Assembly (NCBI GenBank): GCA_963836235.1
Contig: CAWIIP010000004.1
Span: 128,001-192,000, forward strand
Length of the DNA stretch: 64,000 nt
Origin: an uncultured Pseudomonadota bacterium
GTDB lineage: Bacteria; Oederibacteriota; Muellerivitia; Muellerivitales; Muellerivitaceae
Direction: 5' to 3'
Shown one piece after another: positions 48,346-58,889 of this stretch (within the stretch, counting starts at the first letter, position 1; every line of letters starts with the position of its first letter). A program made the position numbers and the translations under genes. The notes beneath the pieces are model-generated. The model was not told the origin of the DNA. It made no database searches and saw only the letters and a list, made by a program, of their open reading frames with translations.

Positions 48346-51192
48346 ATGAAAGAAACCATTACATATCAACCTAAAGAAGGTGACTTGGCTCGAATCCAGG
48401 GTCGTGAGGATTTGGGAGTTGTTGAAGTTTACCGAGTTAGCGAGGCCTTCGGTGTGTACCAGGCCGATGTGGTTTGGGAGGACGTATCCGGGCGTCACTT
48501 GCAAAGCTTTCCCATTGAACGGTTGGAACCAGCGCCCGACCTTTGGAGCCGTATGAAGAGCGGCCAAGTGAACGAACCTATCGATTTTCTCTTAAAACAA
48601 CTGGCGTTCCAGATACCGCTTCAAAATACCGGGGGTCAACTTTCAAATAGCCGTACCGATCTTTTACCCCACCAGATTCTTTTAACCCGCGATGTCGTAA
48701 CTGCTACCCGACGCCGGTTCCTTATTGCGGATGAAGTGGGTCTTGGCAAAACCATTGAGGTCGGCATGATCCTTCGCGAGTTGATCAGCCGCGGTGAGGC
48801 TCGCCGCATCCTGGTTATCACCCCTGCGGGGTTGGTCAAGAACTGGCAGAGGGAATTGAAGAACGCCTTCCGTTTGGATTTTGAAATTCTAGGTGTGGAC
48901 TTTGTGGATCAGGGCGCCGCTTCCTGGGAAACCCATCGTCAGGTAATCGCGTCCATTGATACCTTGAAAAGACCTCAGAGGATGGAGCGTTTGTTAGCCG
49001 GGCCTCGTTGGGATGTCGTGGTATTCGATGAAGCCCACCATTTGAGCCGTCTTCGCTATGGAAAAAAAATATCGCTAACCCAAAACTATCGGTTGGCAGA
49101 GGCCCTTCGAGCCCATACCAGGGACATGCTGTTCTTATCGGCGACTCCACACCAAGGAAACTCATTCCAGTTCTGGTCATTGATTCAGCTATTGGATGAC
49201 ACCCTTTTCGATTCTGAGGACGCCATGATGGATCACCGTGGCTTTTTAAGTCGGGTGATGATTCGCCGTACCAAACGGGAGGTTACCGACAAGGACGGAA
49301 ACCCTATCTTTGTCCGCCGCCAGGTTCATACCCAGGCATTTTATTTGGCCGCGCGTGAGAAAAACTTCTACGATAAATTGACTGACTATCTGAGAGAGGG
49401 ATATTCCAAGGCAGGCCTGGGGCAGGCCAAGACGACCTCGCAACAACGAGCTATTGGTTTTGTTATGACGACCTTTCAGAAGATTATGTCCTCAAGTATG
49501 AGGGCTATTCGCCAAGCCCTACGCCGGCGACTTCTAGTGTTGTTGATCCATCGATACATTGAGTTGGAAAACCGCCGTACCCATAAATCGGCCAGCGATA
49601 AATTGGCTGGTGACATCATGCGCCTAACGGATGACATGAGGGCGGTAGCCGCGACCTTATATGACATGGAGAACAACGCTGAGACCCGTGCCGAACTGGA
49701 TGCCTATGTGACCCAGATGCGGCAAAGGATCAGCAGGAATTTGGTGCCGACGGAGGATTCCACCGAATGGGCATTGGATGGGGATGAGGAAGGAGATGAA
49801 GGATTGTATGCCGAAACGGATATACCGGATGAAATCGAGAAAGTTCGCTCACTGTTGAACCTGATACCAGACGGTGTTGATAGGAAATTCGAAACCCTAA
49901 CGCGTGCCATTGATCTTATTCGGAAGGATCAACCCGAAGAGAAGTTCATTATATTCACCCAATACGTGGAGACCTTGTGGTTTTTGCAGGAGAAGCTTGA
50001 AGCGATATATGGGGAAAACAAGGTCAGCTATATCAAGGGCGGTTCCTTGGATGACAAGATCGCCGCTATGGAGCGCTTTTGGGATGAGAAGGGCGCTCAG
50101 TTTTTGATTTGCACGTCAGCAGGTGGTGAAGGGATAAACCTTCAAGTTGGGCACATCCTTTTCAATTACGACCTGCCCTGGAATCCGATGGCAGTGGAAC
50201 AAAGAATCGGACGTATTCACCGGTATGGACAGAAGGAAACAACCCAGGTTTATAACCTCGTGGCCGAGGACACGGTTGAAAAGAAGATTTACGAATTACT
50301 TGAAATGAAATTGGGTGAAATTGCCCACCAGATCGGGAAGGTGGATAGCCAAACAGGTCAACCGCAAGAGGACTTTAGAGCAGAGATTTTGGGATTTCTC
50401 GGTTCATCGCCAGACTACTTAGAACTATATAAGAAAGCCCTTTTCGATAAGGACTATCAGCGTACACCTGGTGAAATTGAGGAGGCGATGCAGAAGGCCT
50501 TACAGGCCAGCGAAGCCTTAAAGAGCCTAACGCAAGACATGAAGACCTTTAATCTTCAGGACTACTTGAACATTGAAGGCCGTTTTTCCTTGGCTGATCT
50601 TAAGGAATTCGCGGTTGCGGCCCTGCTTCGATTGGGTGGAAGCGTTCTGCCGCAGGCGGAGTACATGACAATCATTACGCCGAAGGTATTACTGAAACAT
50701 CCGAACGTCTCTTCCAAATATGAACTGGCAACTTTTGACCGAGATGCCGCGATGAGAAAGAAGTCCGCGGAGTTTCTGGGGCTGGGACATCCTTTGGTGG
50801 ACGCCCTCATCGACCATTTCCGGCAGATGTCGACAGATGGGGATGTGGCCGTATTGAGAAGGCCCCAGGGTGATCCGGGTGCCCATGCGGTAATAAGCAC
50901 CTTGTTTTCGATAGACCTGGAGGGCGGGAAGCAACACAAGGAATTGAAGCTGGTTCGCGTAACCGGTACAGGTGATTCACAGGTTCTTCCGGAGGATTGG
51001 CTGATTGTACGGTTAAGACGATTCAAGGATGCAGATGAAACGGGTGGGTCGACGGTCACGGATATTGATTGGCGGCGAGTTCGGGAGTCCTATGAGGGCG
51101 CCATCGGCGCAATCTTGAGCCAGATGAAAGGTAATTTGGAGAGCCCGGTCGGTGCCCGAGTCAGGTTGTTGGGTATTGCGCAGGTGGCTTAA
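48346..51192 (+). CDS. SNF2/RapA-like helicase
   Basis: ADEVGLGKT, DEAHH, SATPHQG, EGINLQ, QRIGRIHRYGQ. Confidence 0.9.
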   Translation: MKETITYQPKEGDLARIQGREDLGVVEVYRVSEAFGVYQADVVWEDVSGRHLQSFPIERLEPAPDLWSRMKSGQVNEPIDFLLKQLAFQIPLQNTGGQLSNSRTDLLPHQILLTRDVVTATRRRFLIADEVGLGKTIEVGMILRELISRGEARRILVITPAGLVKNWQRELKNAFRLDFEILGVDFVDQGAASWETHRQVIASIDTLKRPQRMERLLAGPRWDVVVFDEAHHLSRLRYGKKISLTQNYRLAEALRAHTRDMLFLSATPHQGNSFQFWSLIQLLDDTLFDSEDAMMDHRGFLSRVMIRRTKREVTDKDGNPIFVRRQVHTQAFYLAAREKNFYDKLTDYLREGYSKAGLGQAKTTSQQRAIGFVMTTFQKIMSSSMRAIRQALRRRLLVLLIHRYIELENRRTHKSASDKLAGDIMRLTDDMRAVAATLYDMENNAETRAELDAYVTQMRQRISRNLVPTEDSTEWALDGDEEGDEGLYAETDIPDEIEKVRSLLNLIPDGVDRKFETLTRAIDLIRKDQPEEKFIIFTQYVETLWFLQEKLEAIYGENKVSYIKGGSLDDKIAAMERFWDEKGAQFLICTSAGGEGINLQVGHILFNYDLPWNPMAVEQRIGRIHRYGQKETTQVYNLVAEDTVEKKIYELLEMKLGEIAHQIGKVDSQTGQPQEDFRAEILGFLGSSPDYLELYKKALFDKDYQRTPGEIEEAMQKALQASEALKSLTQDMKTFNLQDYLNIEGRFSLADLKEFAVAALLRLGGSVLPQAEYMTIITPKVLLKHPNVSSKYELATFDRDAAMRKKSAEFLGLGHPLVDALIDHFRQMSTDGDVAVLRRPQGDPGAHAVISTLFSIDLEGGKQHKELKLVRVTGTGDSQVLPEDWLIVRLRRFKDADETGGSTVTDIDWRRVRESYEGAIGAILSQMKGNLESPVGARVRLLGIAQVA

Positions 51193-51261
51193 TTTTTGGG
51201 AATGTCACTTAGGTCTTCGTGAGTTTTCTTTTGAGCTTTTCGGAAATGAGTAAAGGTTATC

Positions 51262-52239
51262 ATGCCAGAATCCAATCAATCTGAATCTAATATTGAAAAA
51301 GCATTCAAGTCCCTACTCCGAGGTGGTACGAATGATTTTGATGCTCATTTAATTACCGTTGCACCTTCAGTGAATTTGGTGGGAACAAAGGCAATCCTCC
51401 ATTGTCACCACATCCAATTAGATGGAAATGGGATTCCAAAGGTTAGGGAACTGCTGGACTCACTAGTAAATCGAGTGGCGGATTACGCTATTCCAAGAAT
51501 TGAAATAAATCGTGCACATGCTAAGGATTTGGCTAATAGCTCTAACGCGGCTAGTTCAGAACTCCATAGGCGAGCTGCTCGACTTTTTGTCGAATCGGAT
51601 TGCTCTGGGGAGGTAGGGGAAGTGCTCCTCTATTGCCTTATTCAGTCAAAATTAAGAATTCCTCAAATACTATGTAAAATGTCCCTCAAAACAAATGCAA
51701 ATCTTCATTTTAATGGAATCGATGGTATTCATGCGACGATTGAACCTGAAACGGGTCAACTTGCGTTTTATTGGGCGGAATCTAAATTGCACAAAGACAT
51801 TGGTGGAGCAGTCTCTGATTGTTTAGATTCAATTCTGCCATTTCTTTATGAACCGCCCAGTACCAATGGTCGCCCGCGACGTGAACGGGATCTAGAACTA
51901 GTGCGAGCGGATTTATCAAAGTTGGACAATAGCGTTCTCGAAGACGCTTTATTAAACTATTTGGACCCTAATCACACAGATTATAATAAAGTTAATTTCC
52001 GAGGGGCTTGTCTTGTTGGGTTTGATTGTAAGAACTACCCAGAAAAGCCAAACGAGCTTACAACCGATAAAGTTGCTCAAGCTGTTAAAACCGAACTAGA
52101 AACTCAATGGAAAAAGAGGGTCGGAGATAAGATTACCGACCGGTCGCCACTCGAAACTTTTCACCTTGAAGTTTTCTTGGTTCCGATGCCTGATATCGAG
52201 GCTTTTCGCACCGGTTTTGTCCAGGCGCTAAAATCATGA
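51262..52239 (+). CDS. hamA: Hachiman HamA (DUF1837)
   Basis: GEVGEVLLY, KMSLKT, GIDGIH, AESKL; coupled to a Ski2-like helicase. Confidence 0.85.
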   Translation: MPESNQSESNIEKAFKSLLRGGTNDFDAHLITVAPSVNLVGTKAILHCHHIQLDGNGIPKVRELLDSLVNRVADYAIPRIEINRAHAKDLANSSNAASSELHRRAARLFVESDCSGEVGEVLLYCLIQSKLRIPQILCKMSLKTNANLHFNGIDGIHATIEPETGQLAFYWAESKLHKDIGGAVSDCLDSILPFLYEPPSTNGRPRRERDLELVRADLSKLDNSVLEDALLNYLDPNHTDYNKVNFRGACLVGFDCKNYPEKPNELTTDKVAQAVKTELETQWKKRVGDKITDRSPLETFHLEVFLVPMPDIEAFRTGFVQALKS

Positions 52240-54794
52240 CATTCCAAGAACGGTTACTTGCTTTACCTGCTCTTAGGGATAGGCTTAAAAAGTTAACTGT
52301 GGAATCAGTCGCTTCATCATTCGACCAGTTGGCACTTCAGGAAGCTAATGCGGATGCAGATTGGCCCTATTTATTGAAATGCGCCAGTGTTTTGGCGTAT
52401 TCGCATCTCGGGAAGTGTCAAGCCGCTGCCCTTCGAATCGCTCATGCTTGTCTTTCCACCAGGACTACAACGCCAGATCAGCGGGCAGGGGCGGGAGTCG
52501 TACTAGATACACTTACGAATTACCCGGCGCTTGGACTGGCAATTAAAAAGAATCTTTTGGATTCTGAGTTTAAGAAAAAACTTCCGGCGTCTCTTAAATT
52601 TGATGCAATTTCCAGATCAATCGAAAGTTCGATTTCTTACAATGATGCGATAAAGTTGACGAGATTTCAAAAAAACTTATTTGTCGCTCTTGAAGATCGG
52701 AAATATGTGAGCGTGTCGGCTCCAACGTCTGCCGGAAAAAGCTTTGTATTGACTCAATTCGTAGCTCAATTCATTTCTAAAAACGCACACGCAAATGTCA
52801 TTTACATTGTGCCAACTCGCGCATTGATTCAGCAGTGTGAGGACGACTTTCATATCGCAACTTCTGAATTGTCCCCGAAACCAATTATTACAAGCATCCC
52901 GCAACTGCCGGAGGGTTGGCAAGAGAACAAGTGCCTCTTCATCTTGACTCAGGAACGGTTTCATTGGATTTTAAATAATGCGCCGACATCATTTAACATG
53001 GACCTATTGGTAGTTGATGAAGCTCAAAAAGTTGGTGACACCACGCGCGGAATCCTTCTTCAACAAGTAATTGAAGAAGCAATGGTTAGATCGCCAGAAG
53101 TTCAAGTCCTTTTCTCAAGCCCTATGTCGGGAAATCCGAACATTCTTCTCAAGAATTTTTCTATTGAAGAAGCTGGATTCGTAATTGATTCGGATGGCGT
53201 TACCGTCAATCAAAACCTGATTTGGGTTTCGCAGAATCCCGGACAACCCTTAAATTGGAAGGCTTCGCTATGTATTGAGGATGATAATGTTGCTCTTGGA
53301 GAATTTGTTCTCCCGTCGAGAGCGAGTGTATCAAAAAGATTGCCGTTCGTCGCTTTTGCGTTGGCAGGGCCATCGCATGGCAATTTGATTTATATGAATG
53401 GGCAGGCTTCTGCTGAAAAGGCGGCCCAACAAATCTGGGGCCTAATGGGTCCCGCCCAGGAGACCGACGATCCTGAAATATTAGAACTTATAAAATTGGT
53501 AAAAAAAGTTGTACACAAGGATTATTCACTAGCCAACGTACTTACTCGTCGAGTCGCATTTCATTATGGGAATATGCCACATGTAATTCGCGCTGAATTA
53601 GAACGTCTTTTTAAGGAGGAAAAAATTCACTACCTTCTTTGTACCTCAACTTTGCTAGAAGGAGTGAACTTACCCGCCAAATCAATATTTTTGCGTAATC
53701 CATCACGGGGTCGAAATATTCCACTAACGGCGCTAGATTTCTGGAATTTGGCGGGTCGCGCCGGGCGCCTCGGGAAAGAGTTTCAAGGAAATGTTATTTG
53801 CGTTGATCCGGTGGACCCGAACGTGTGGGGTGACAGGCCCCCCCGTCACCGGGAGCGTTACAACATACAGTTTTCGTTCGATAAGGTAATGGCCAAACCT
53901 GAAGTTTTGATTAGTTACTTTGGGGAGGGAACGCCAAGGGAAACATCGCGGAACAACCCTGAAGTGGAACAAGCGGCTGTCTATCTTGTTAGAAGATACC
54001 TATCAGGCCATACATTGCTTACTGATGACCTTACAAAGCGCTTTCCCCGTGAAACCCTTGTCGGGTTCGAAGCCAATTGCCGGGCATTGATTGATGCTGT
54101 AGAAATTCCTGAAAGTATTATTCGCCGTAATCCTGGAATAAGCCCATTGGCCCAACAATCCTTACTTGTCTATTTTCGGGGCTTTGAACGAAATTCGAGA
54201 GAACTAATTCCGGCTCTGCCGGAAAGTCCCGATGCTGCTAAAGATTCATATCAACTTATCATTAAACGTATAAACAAATATCTTTCTGGGGGCCACAGCA
54301 CGCCTCGGGATTTCTATCTTGCGATTCTCGTAGTTAACTGGATGCGGGGACATTCACTTGCAAGGATGATTGCAGCAAATTTTGCTTATTGGGAATCCAA
54401 AGGTGGAAATTTAGCTACTGTGATTCGGGATACCATGCGTGACATTGAAGAGTTTGCCCGATTCCAATTCGTAAAATATTCTTCGTGTTATGTGGATGTA
54501 TTGAGGCTTCACTTTAGCCAATCGGGGATGGAAAATTTAATTAGTGAAATTCCAGATTTAAATATTTGGCTTGAGTTTGGCGCTTCCCAACAAACCCAGA
54601 TATCCTTAATTAGTGTTGGTATATCGCGTACTGCGGCAATCGAAATCGCGGAATTTATTGCGCAAGACAATTTGACCCAGGCTCAATGTATCGATTGGCT
54701 TAAATCGTCTAATATTGGTGGCATGGATTTATCACCGATCCTAATGCGCGAGATCGAAAGAATGAAAGCAGAACTTATAGATAGGGAGAAGTAA
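52236..54794 (+). CDS. hamB: Hachiman HamB Ski2-like helicase
   Basis: APTSAGKS, TQER, DEAQ, TSTLLEGVNLP, NLAGRAGR. Confidence 0.87.
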   Translation: MTFQERLLALPALRDRLKKLTVESVASSFDQLALQEANADADWPYLLKCASVLAYSHLGKCQAAALRIAHACLSTRTTTPDQRAGAGVVLDTLTNYPALGLAIKKNLLDSEFKKKLPASLKFDAISRSIESSISYNDAIKLTRFQKNLFVALEDRKYVSVSAPTSAGKSFVLTQFVAQFISKNAHANVIYIVPTRALIQQCEDDFHIATSELSPKPIITSIPQLPEGWQENKCLFILTQERFHWILNNAPTSFNMDLLVVDEAQKVGDTTRGILLQQVIEEAMVRSPEVQVLFSSPMSGNPNILLKNFSIEEAGFVIDSDGVTVNQNLIWVSQNPGQPLNWKASLCIEDDNVALGEFVLPSRASVSKRLPFVAFALAGPSHGNLIYMNGQASAEKAAQQIWGLMGPAQETDDPEILELIKLVKKVVHKDYSLANVLTRRVAFHYGNMPHVIRAELERLFKEEKIHYLLCTSTLLEGVNLPAKSIFLRNPSRGRNIPLTALDFWNLAGRAGRLGKEFQGNVICVDPVDPNVWGDRPPRHRERYNIQFSFDKVMAKPEVLISYFGEGTPRETSRNNPEVEQAAVYLVRRYLSGHTLLTDDLTKRFPRETLVGFEANCRALIDAVEIPESIIRRNPGISPLAQQSLLVYFRGFERNSRELIPALPESPDAAKDSYQLIIKRINKYLSGGHSTPRDFYLAILVVNWMRGHSLARMIAANFAYWESKGGNLATVIRDTMRDIEEFARFQFVKYSSCYVDVLRLHFSQSGMENLISEIPDLNIWLEFGASQQTQISLISVGISRTAAIEIAEFIAQDNLTQAQCIDWLKSSNIGGMDLSPILMREIERMKAELIDREK

Positions 54795-54862
54795 AAATTT
54801 AATTCCGGCAGAATTTTCCGAATCCAAATGAATTGGATGATTTTTAGTCTAAAAACTTGGCC

Positions 54863-55156
54863 CTAATTAAGTGACTGATCGGTGGTTGATCTTTTCCTCT
54901 TCGGAAGGCCTCGCAATGGCCGTTTAGTTTTAGGAACCTTGAAAAACTCCACGATGGGACAACCTAGTGCTTTTGACAATTTTCGTAATGTTTTAAGACT
55001 CAGTCCTCCAATCGTTTCCCATCTTTGGATTTCCTTCGTGTCCGCTTCAGCCTTTACCGCAAGTTGTTCTTGGGTTATCCCTTTTTCACGGCGGATTTCC
55101 CCAATCCGGTGATAGATATTCCTGAAAAATTTCTCATCGGTTTCCCATTCAAGCAT
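54863..55156 (-). CDS. XRE-family HTH regulator
   Basis: IRREKGITQEQLA...WE...LKTLRKLSKALG; divergent from the transfer operon. Confidence 0.85.
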   Translation of the reverse strand: MLEWETDEKFFRNIYHRIGEIRREKGITQEQLAVKAEADTKEIQRWETIGGLSLKTLRKLSKALGCPIVEFFKVPKTKRPLRGLPKRKRSTTDQSLN

Positions 55157-55185
55157 TTCTGCATCGTCCTTAATACACTTCCCGG

Positions 55186-55213
55186 ATAACACCTAGAAAA
55201 GTCTAGGTGTTAT
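55186..55213. promoter_or_regulatory. Palindromic operator between the XRE gene and the transfer operon
   Basis: ATAACACCTAGA-AAAG-TCTAGGTGTTAT. Confidence 0.65.
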
Positions 55214-55293
55214 TTTTTTTCTGAATTTTCCAGAATAATCGCCTAGTCAATTCAAAAAAACGGGTTTTAAGGTGCAAATCGGAGGGCGATTTT

Positions 55294-56382
55294 ATGAAAA
55301 AGAACATCACTATCATTTTGGGAGTATTGCTGGTCGTAACTTTTTCTGTATTTTTTTCAATTGGGTGTAAAAACAGCGGCCCTTCTACCCCCTACGATAT
55401 TGGCTTTACCCCCACCCCTGTCCGTATCTATGGACCAATTAATGCTTTTGTCGAGGATAAGGGGATTGCTGTTCCCAACCTGTTGGTTCAAGCGATTCCA
55501 CCTTCCGGGGTGACAGTCTTTAGCCAATCGACTACGGCAAGCGGGATCGCAACTTTTAACCCGCCTTATCTTGAATTGGGGAATTGGACTTTTGTGGTTC
55601 CAGCCCAAACTCCGTTCCCATATGCCCCAAGCACCATCACAATGCCGGTTTCGGTTGTAAATGAAACGGCCAACTTCAACACGGCGGGGGCTACGATTTA
55701 TTTGACCCCGACTGTGCCGGAGTCCTTCACCTCCACCAACCCAGGGTCTCCTTATACCTACAACATGATTTACAGTCAGCCAGGAAATTTGTTCGTTCCC
55801 GGAAAAATTGCCTTTTCAGGGTTTCCAACAAATTGGAACGCGACTTATGGACCGGCGACGATTGGATTTGGGAATGCCGACACCGGCTCCGTTACCGTTG
55901 TTGGTGTCAATTGTGTCGACAGGCAACCGAGTTTCGCTGTGACCGCCCTCGATCTTGAACCAACACCTTATCCGCGCGCCAACAGTTCACCACAGACCAT
56001 CTCCAAAGGTTTCGCTTCGACGGTCACCGTTACTTGGAACACGACTGGGTTGAATTCCGATTTCTGCAACAACGGAACTGCAATTGGAATCGTATATGGA
56101 ACCCTTACTGTTTCAACTTCCAATGCTTGTTCTTACGATGCCGTTGTTTCAGTTTCAATGAACGCGGGGAATTGTTGTTACAGCCAATTCCAGACACCCA
56201 ATGGAAACGTCTCCGCCGCGAATTGTGGTGGGGGTGGAGTTAATTTTGGGCCGGGGTCCTATAACTGCACTGTCCTGAGTGGTGCCACTTGGGGAGCCCT
56301 TAATTGTTCCTTCAACGGTGTCTCACATACCGTGAACGTTCCGACATCGGGTTCGGTCCAGCTTTTAAGCACAAGTTACTAA
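55294..56382 (+). CDS. Lipoprotein with beta-rich, Cys-containing C-terminal domain
   Basis: Lipobox SIGC; Thr/Ser/Asn-rich composition. Confidence 0.7.
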   Translation: MKKNITIILGVLLVVTFSVFFSIGCKNSGPSTPYDIGFTPTPVRIYGPINAFVEDKGIAVPNLLVQAIPPSGVTVFSQSTTASGIATFNPPYLELGNWTFVVPAQTPFPYAPSTITMPVSVVNETANFNTAGATIYLTPTVPESFTSTNPGSPYTYNMIYSQPGNLFVPGKIAFSGFPTNWNATYGPATIGFGNADTGSVTVVGVNCVDRQPSFAVTALDLEPTPYPRANSSPQTISKGFASTVTVTWNTTGLNSDFCNNGTAIGIVYGTLTVSTSNACSYDAVVSVSMNAGNCCYSQFQTPNGNVSAANCGGGGVNFGPGSYNCTVLSGATWGALNCSFNGVSHTVNVPTSGSVQLLSTSY

Positions 56383-56394
56383 GGGGCCGGAATT

Positions 56395-57150
56395 ATGAAA
56401 TATCTACCGGCACTTTTATTGATTTGTTTGATTTGGGGATGCGCTAAAGGCCCGGCTGGACCGACAGGCCCTCAAGGTTCCCCTGGTACGGGTATTCCTT
56501 CATTCCAATTGGAATTCGAGCAAGGGGCATATCCCGATAGTGGATATGCCGGTGTTGATACCCACTGGCTGGACGGAAGCAATCCCAATACCGCGTCCGG
56601 TACTGGTGAGATTCAAGTTGCCACCGGAACAACTACCTCCAATGTGGCTTTGGGGTTAGTGAGGTTCGACCTTTCTTATGGCATTCCATCAAACGCCACT
56701 ATCACAGCCGCAAGTCTTCAACTAACAACCGAAACCAGCTCGATCCTTTCAGCCGGAACTTATGTTTTTGGAGTCCATCAAGTCATCCAGCCACCGGCGG
56801 GGCAGGTGCCTTGGAACGACTCAAGCACATGGAATGTTTTGGTGACGCCGTATGGTTGGGATGGGGGAAGCAGTTCTTCAATTACGGCGGGGGTCGATTA
56901 TAGCAATTCCCCAATGGACGCCGTGACTGTGACCGCCTCGCAGATCAACGCAAACCAAATCCTACTTGCTTGGAATATCACACCATCACTAGCCCAAGTT
57001 TGGGTGAACAAAGCCAACAACAATTACGGGGTTTTGATTTCTCCTGAACCCGAAACAAGTGGGTCGGTTTCAGGTTTTATTTCGTTTTGGGACAACATGG
57101 GGAACACCCAACAAAAGCCAAAGATGCTGGTCTCTTACACCATTCCTTGA
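56395..57150 (+). CDS. Lipoprotein with short collagen-like repeat and DNRLRE-like domain
   Basis: Lipobox IWGC, GPAGPTGPQGSPG, LVRFDLS..IPSNATITAASLQL, NNYG, PKMLVSY. Confidence 0.7.
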   Translation: MKYLPALLLICLIWGCAKGPAGPTGPQGSPGTGIPSFQLEFEQGAYPDSGYAGVDTHWLDGSNPNTASGTGEIQVATGTTTSNVALGLVRFDLSYGIPSNATITAASLQLTTETSSILSAGTYVFGVHQVIQPPAGQVPWNDSSTWNVLVTPYGWDGGSSSSITAGVDYSNSPMDAVTVTASQINANQILLAWNITPSLAQVWVNKANNNYGVLISPEPETSGSVSGFISFWDNMGNTQQKPKMLVSYTIP

Positions 57151-57159
57151 GGTGGATAT

Positions 57160-58377
57160 ATGAAAAAAAGAATATTTGTTATTATATTCCTGATCTTATT
57201 TCATTCCGTAATGGTTTATGCCAAGACAAAACCAAAAGCCACGCCTACCGTAAGCCCGACTTCAACCCCGGAACCTAAGCCCCGGTGGGTTCCGCCACCC
57301 TATGTGGGTAACGACTCTAAAGTCCTTAATGCGACTGTTGCGGCCCATTACGGGAGTACCGCATCCGGGAACCTTGGTTATTCCTTATTCGACCTTTCTG
57401 GAATCCGAAAACTGGACGAGAACGACGTTTCGGCCCAAGGGACTGTCCGGTTCTTAAAAGATTTTTCCAGTTCAGATGATGTTGGGGAACTCCAATTGAG
57501 GGAAGCCAATCTTTCCCTTTCCGAGCCCTGGATCGAGGTAAGGTTGGGCCGTATGGATTTGTCCGATATCGCCAGCACCACTCACTTTTTTGGCCGTTAT
57601 CCACTAATGGGTTTAAGGCGATTGGACGGAATCAAGGTTTATATCCCTTTCAAGTTTTTCTTCGGAGTTGAGGATTACAAGAGCGTTTCAAGCCCGCCGA
57701 CATCGTTAAGCTTTTTTTATTTTCCAACCCTTCTTTCGGCCCAGGACGCGGTTATTGACGGCTCCCAAGGTTATTTCATGGGACAGGCCCGCATGAAGCT
57801 TAATTTCGGGGATCTTCGGACGGTCCTTCTTTTCAACATGGGGGCCAGCTCGTCGGATGATTTTGAATATTCCTCAATGAGCGGGAATCCTGCTTATTCC
57901 ATTTGCGGGGAGGCCAACTTCAGCAGGGATTACACCCTTTATTTTGAGTACGGGGTTCAGGATTCCGCCCGGTCGGGCGATACCAGCGCATTCACATTTG
58001 GGGGAAAAGCCGAGCATTTATTTACCTTCGACTTTCTTTCCCTCGACCAAGTCATCCTAGAAGTCCAAGTTCCGATTGCCAACAATCCCAATAATCCATT
58101 TACGGGCGGGAATGGCATTGATCCGGCATCCGCAGTACTCCCTCAGACCGCTTTGTATGGGAAGGCGCGGATTCGAATCCGCTCAATTTTCATTGATTTC
58201 AACGTCACTGATTCAATGGGGGACTTCACCTTCGCTCGGTTGAATCCCAACAACATCAACACACCACTACCCATGCCGGTGGGTGGGGGGAATGAGACGG
58301 ACGGCCTAGAAATCCCGCTTCTTTCATCTGGTTACAACAACTACGCCTTCAGCGTGGATACGGGGGTCCAATTTTGA
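57160..58377 (+). CDS. Putative outer-membrane beta-barrel protein
   Basis: Signal peptide, LREA....EVRLGR porin-like pattern, terminal aromatic (GVQF). Confidence 0.6.
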   Translation: MKKRIFVIIFLILFHSVMVYAKTKPKATPTVSPTSTPEPKPRWVPPPYVGNDSKVLNATVAAHYGSTASGNLGYSLFDLSGIRKLDENDVSAQGTVRFLKDFSSSDDVGELQLREANLSLSEPWIEVRLGRMDLSDIASTTHFFGRYPLMGLRRLDGIKVYIPFKFFFGVEDYKSVSSPPTSLSFFYFPTLLSAQDAVIDGSQGYFMGQARMKLNFGDLRTVLLFNMGASSSDDFEYSSMSGNPAYSICGEANFSRDYTLYFEYGVQDSARSGDTSAFTFGGKAEHLFTFDFLSLDQVILEVQVPIANNPNNPFTGGNGIDPASAVLPQTALYGKARIRIRSIFIDFNVTDSMGDFTFARLNPNNINTPLPMPVGGGNETDGLEIPLLSSGYNNYAFSVDTGVQF

Positions 58378-58880
58378 ACGAGGTATTTCTTTTCATCATT
58401 TTTTGCTTGGTTTCGAGGGCATTGGCCCAGGATAACAATCCTTTCATTGGCGTCCGGGACAGGGACCAATGGGCTATAGAACAGGTTATGGAGCATAAAG
58501 CCCCCGAGGATTCTTGGGATAGAAGTTCAAGTGAGGGAGGCACCCATAAGGGGAAAAAAGCCGGACCAGTTACTCTCCCTACCGCAACTCCTTTTCAAAC
58601 TAAATTATACAACTTCCAAACGGAAACAGACGAGGCCAAGGTCGCCGCATCCATTACGGACAATGGTTCCAATTTCACGATTGATATTTCCTGTGACCAA
58701 ACAATCCAGGGTTGGCTTTTGAAACTCCAATCAACCAAACAGGTTTTGCTAAAAGGGGGGACGCCCACGGATAACCCTTACAAATGCCGAATCACAGTGG
58801 ACAGGCCCTATATCCCGGATTTTGGATTAACCGTTTATGTCACCCAGGATAGCGACCCGGCGTTTATCCAACTCTTTTAG
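58374..58880 (+). CDS. Exported hypothetical protein
   Basis: Signal peptide (SRALAQ); overlapping start/stop. Confidence 0.6.
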   Translation: MNEVFLFIIFCLVSRALAQDNNPFIGVRDRDQWAIEQVMEHKAPEDSWDRSSSEGGTHKGKKAGPVTLPTATPFQTKLYNFQTETDEAKVAASITDNGSNFTIDISCDQTIQGWLLKLQSTKQVLLKGGTPTDNPYKCRITVDRPYIPDFGLTVYVTQDSDPAFIQLF

Positions 58881-58889
58881 GCGGGAATT

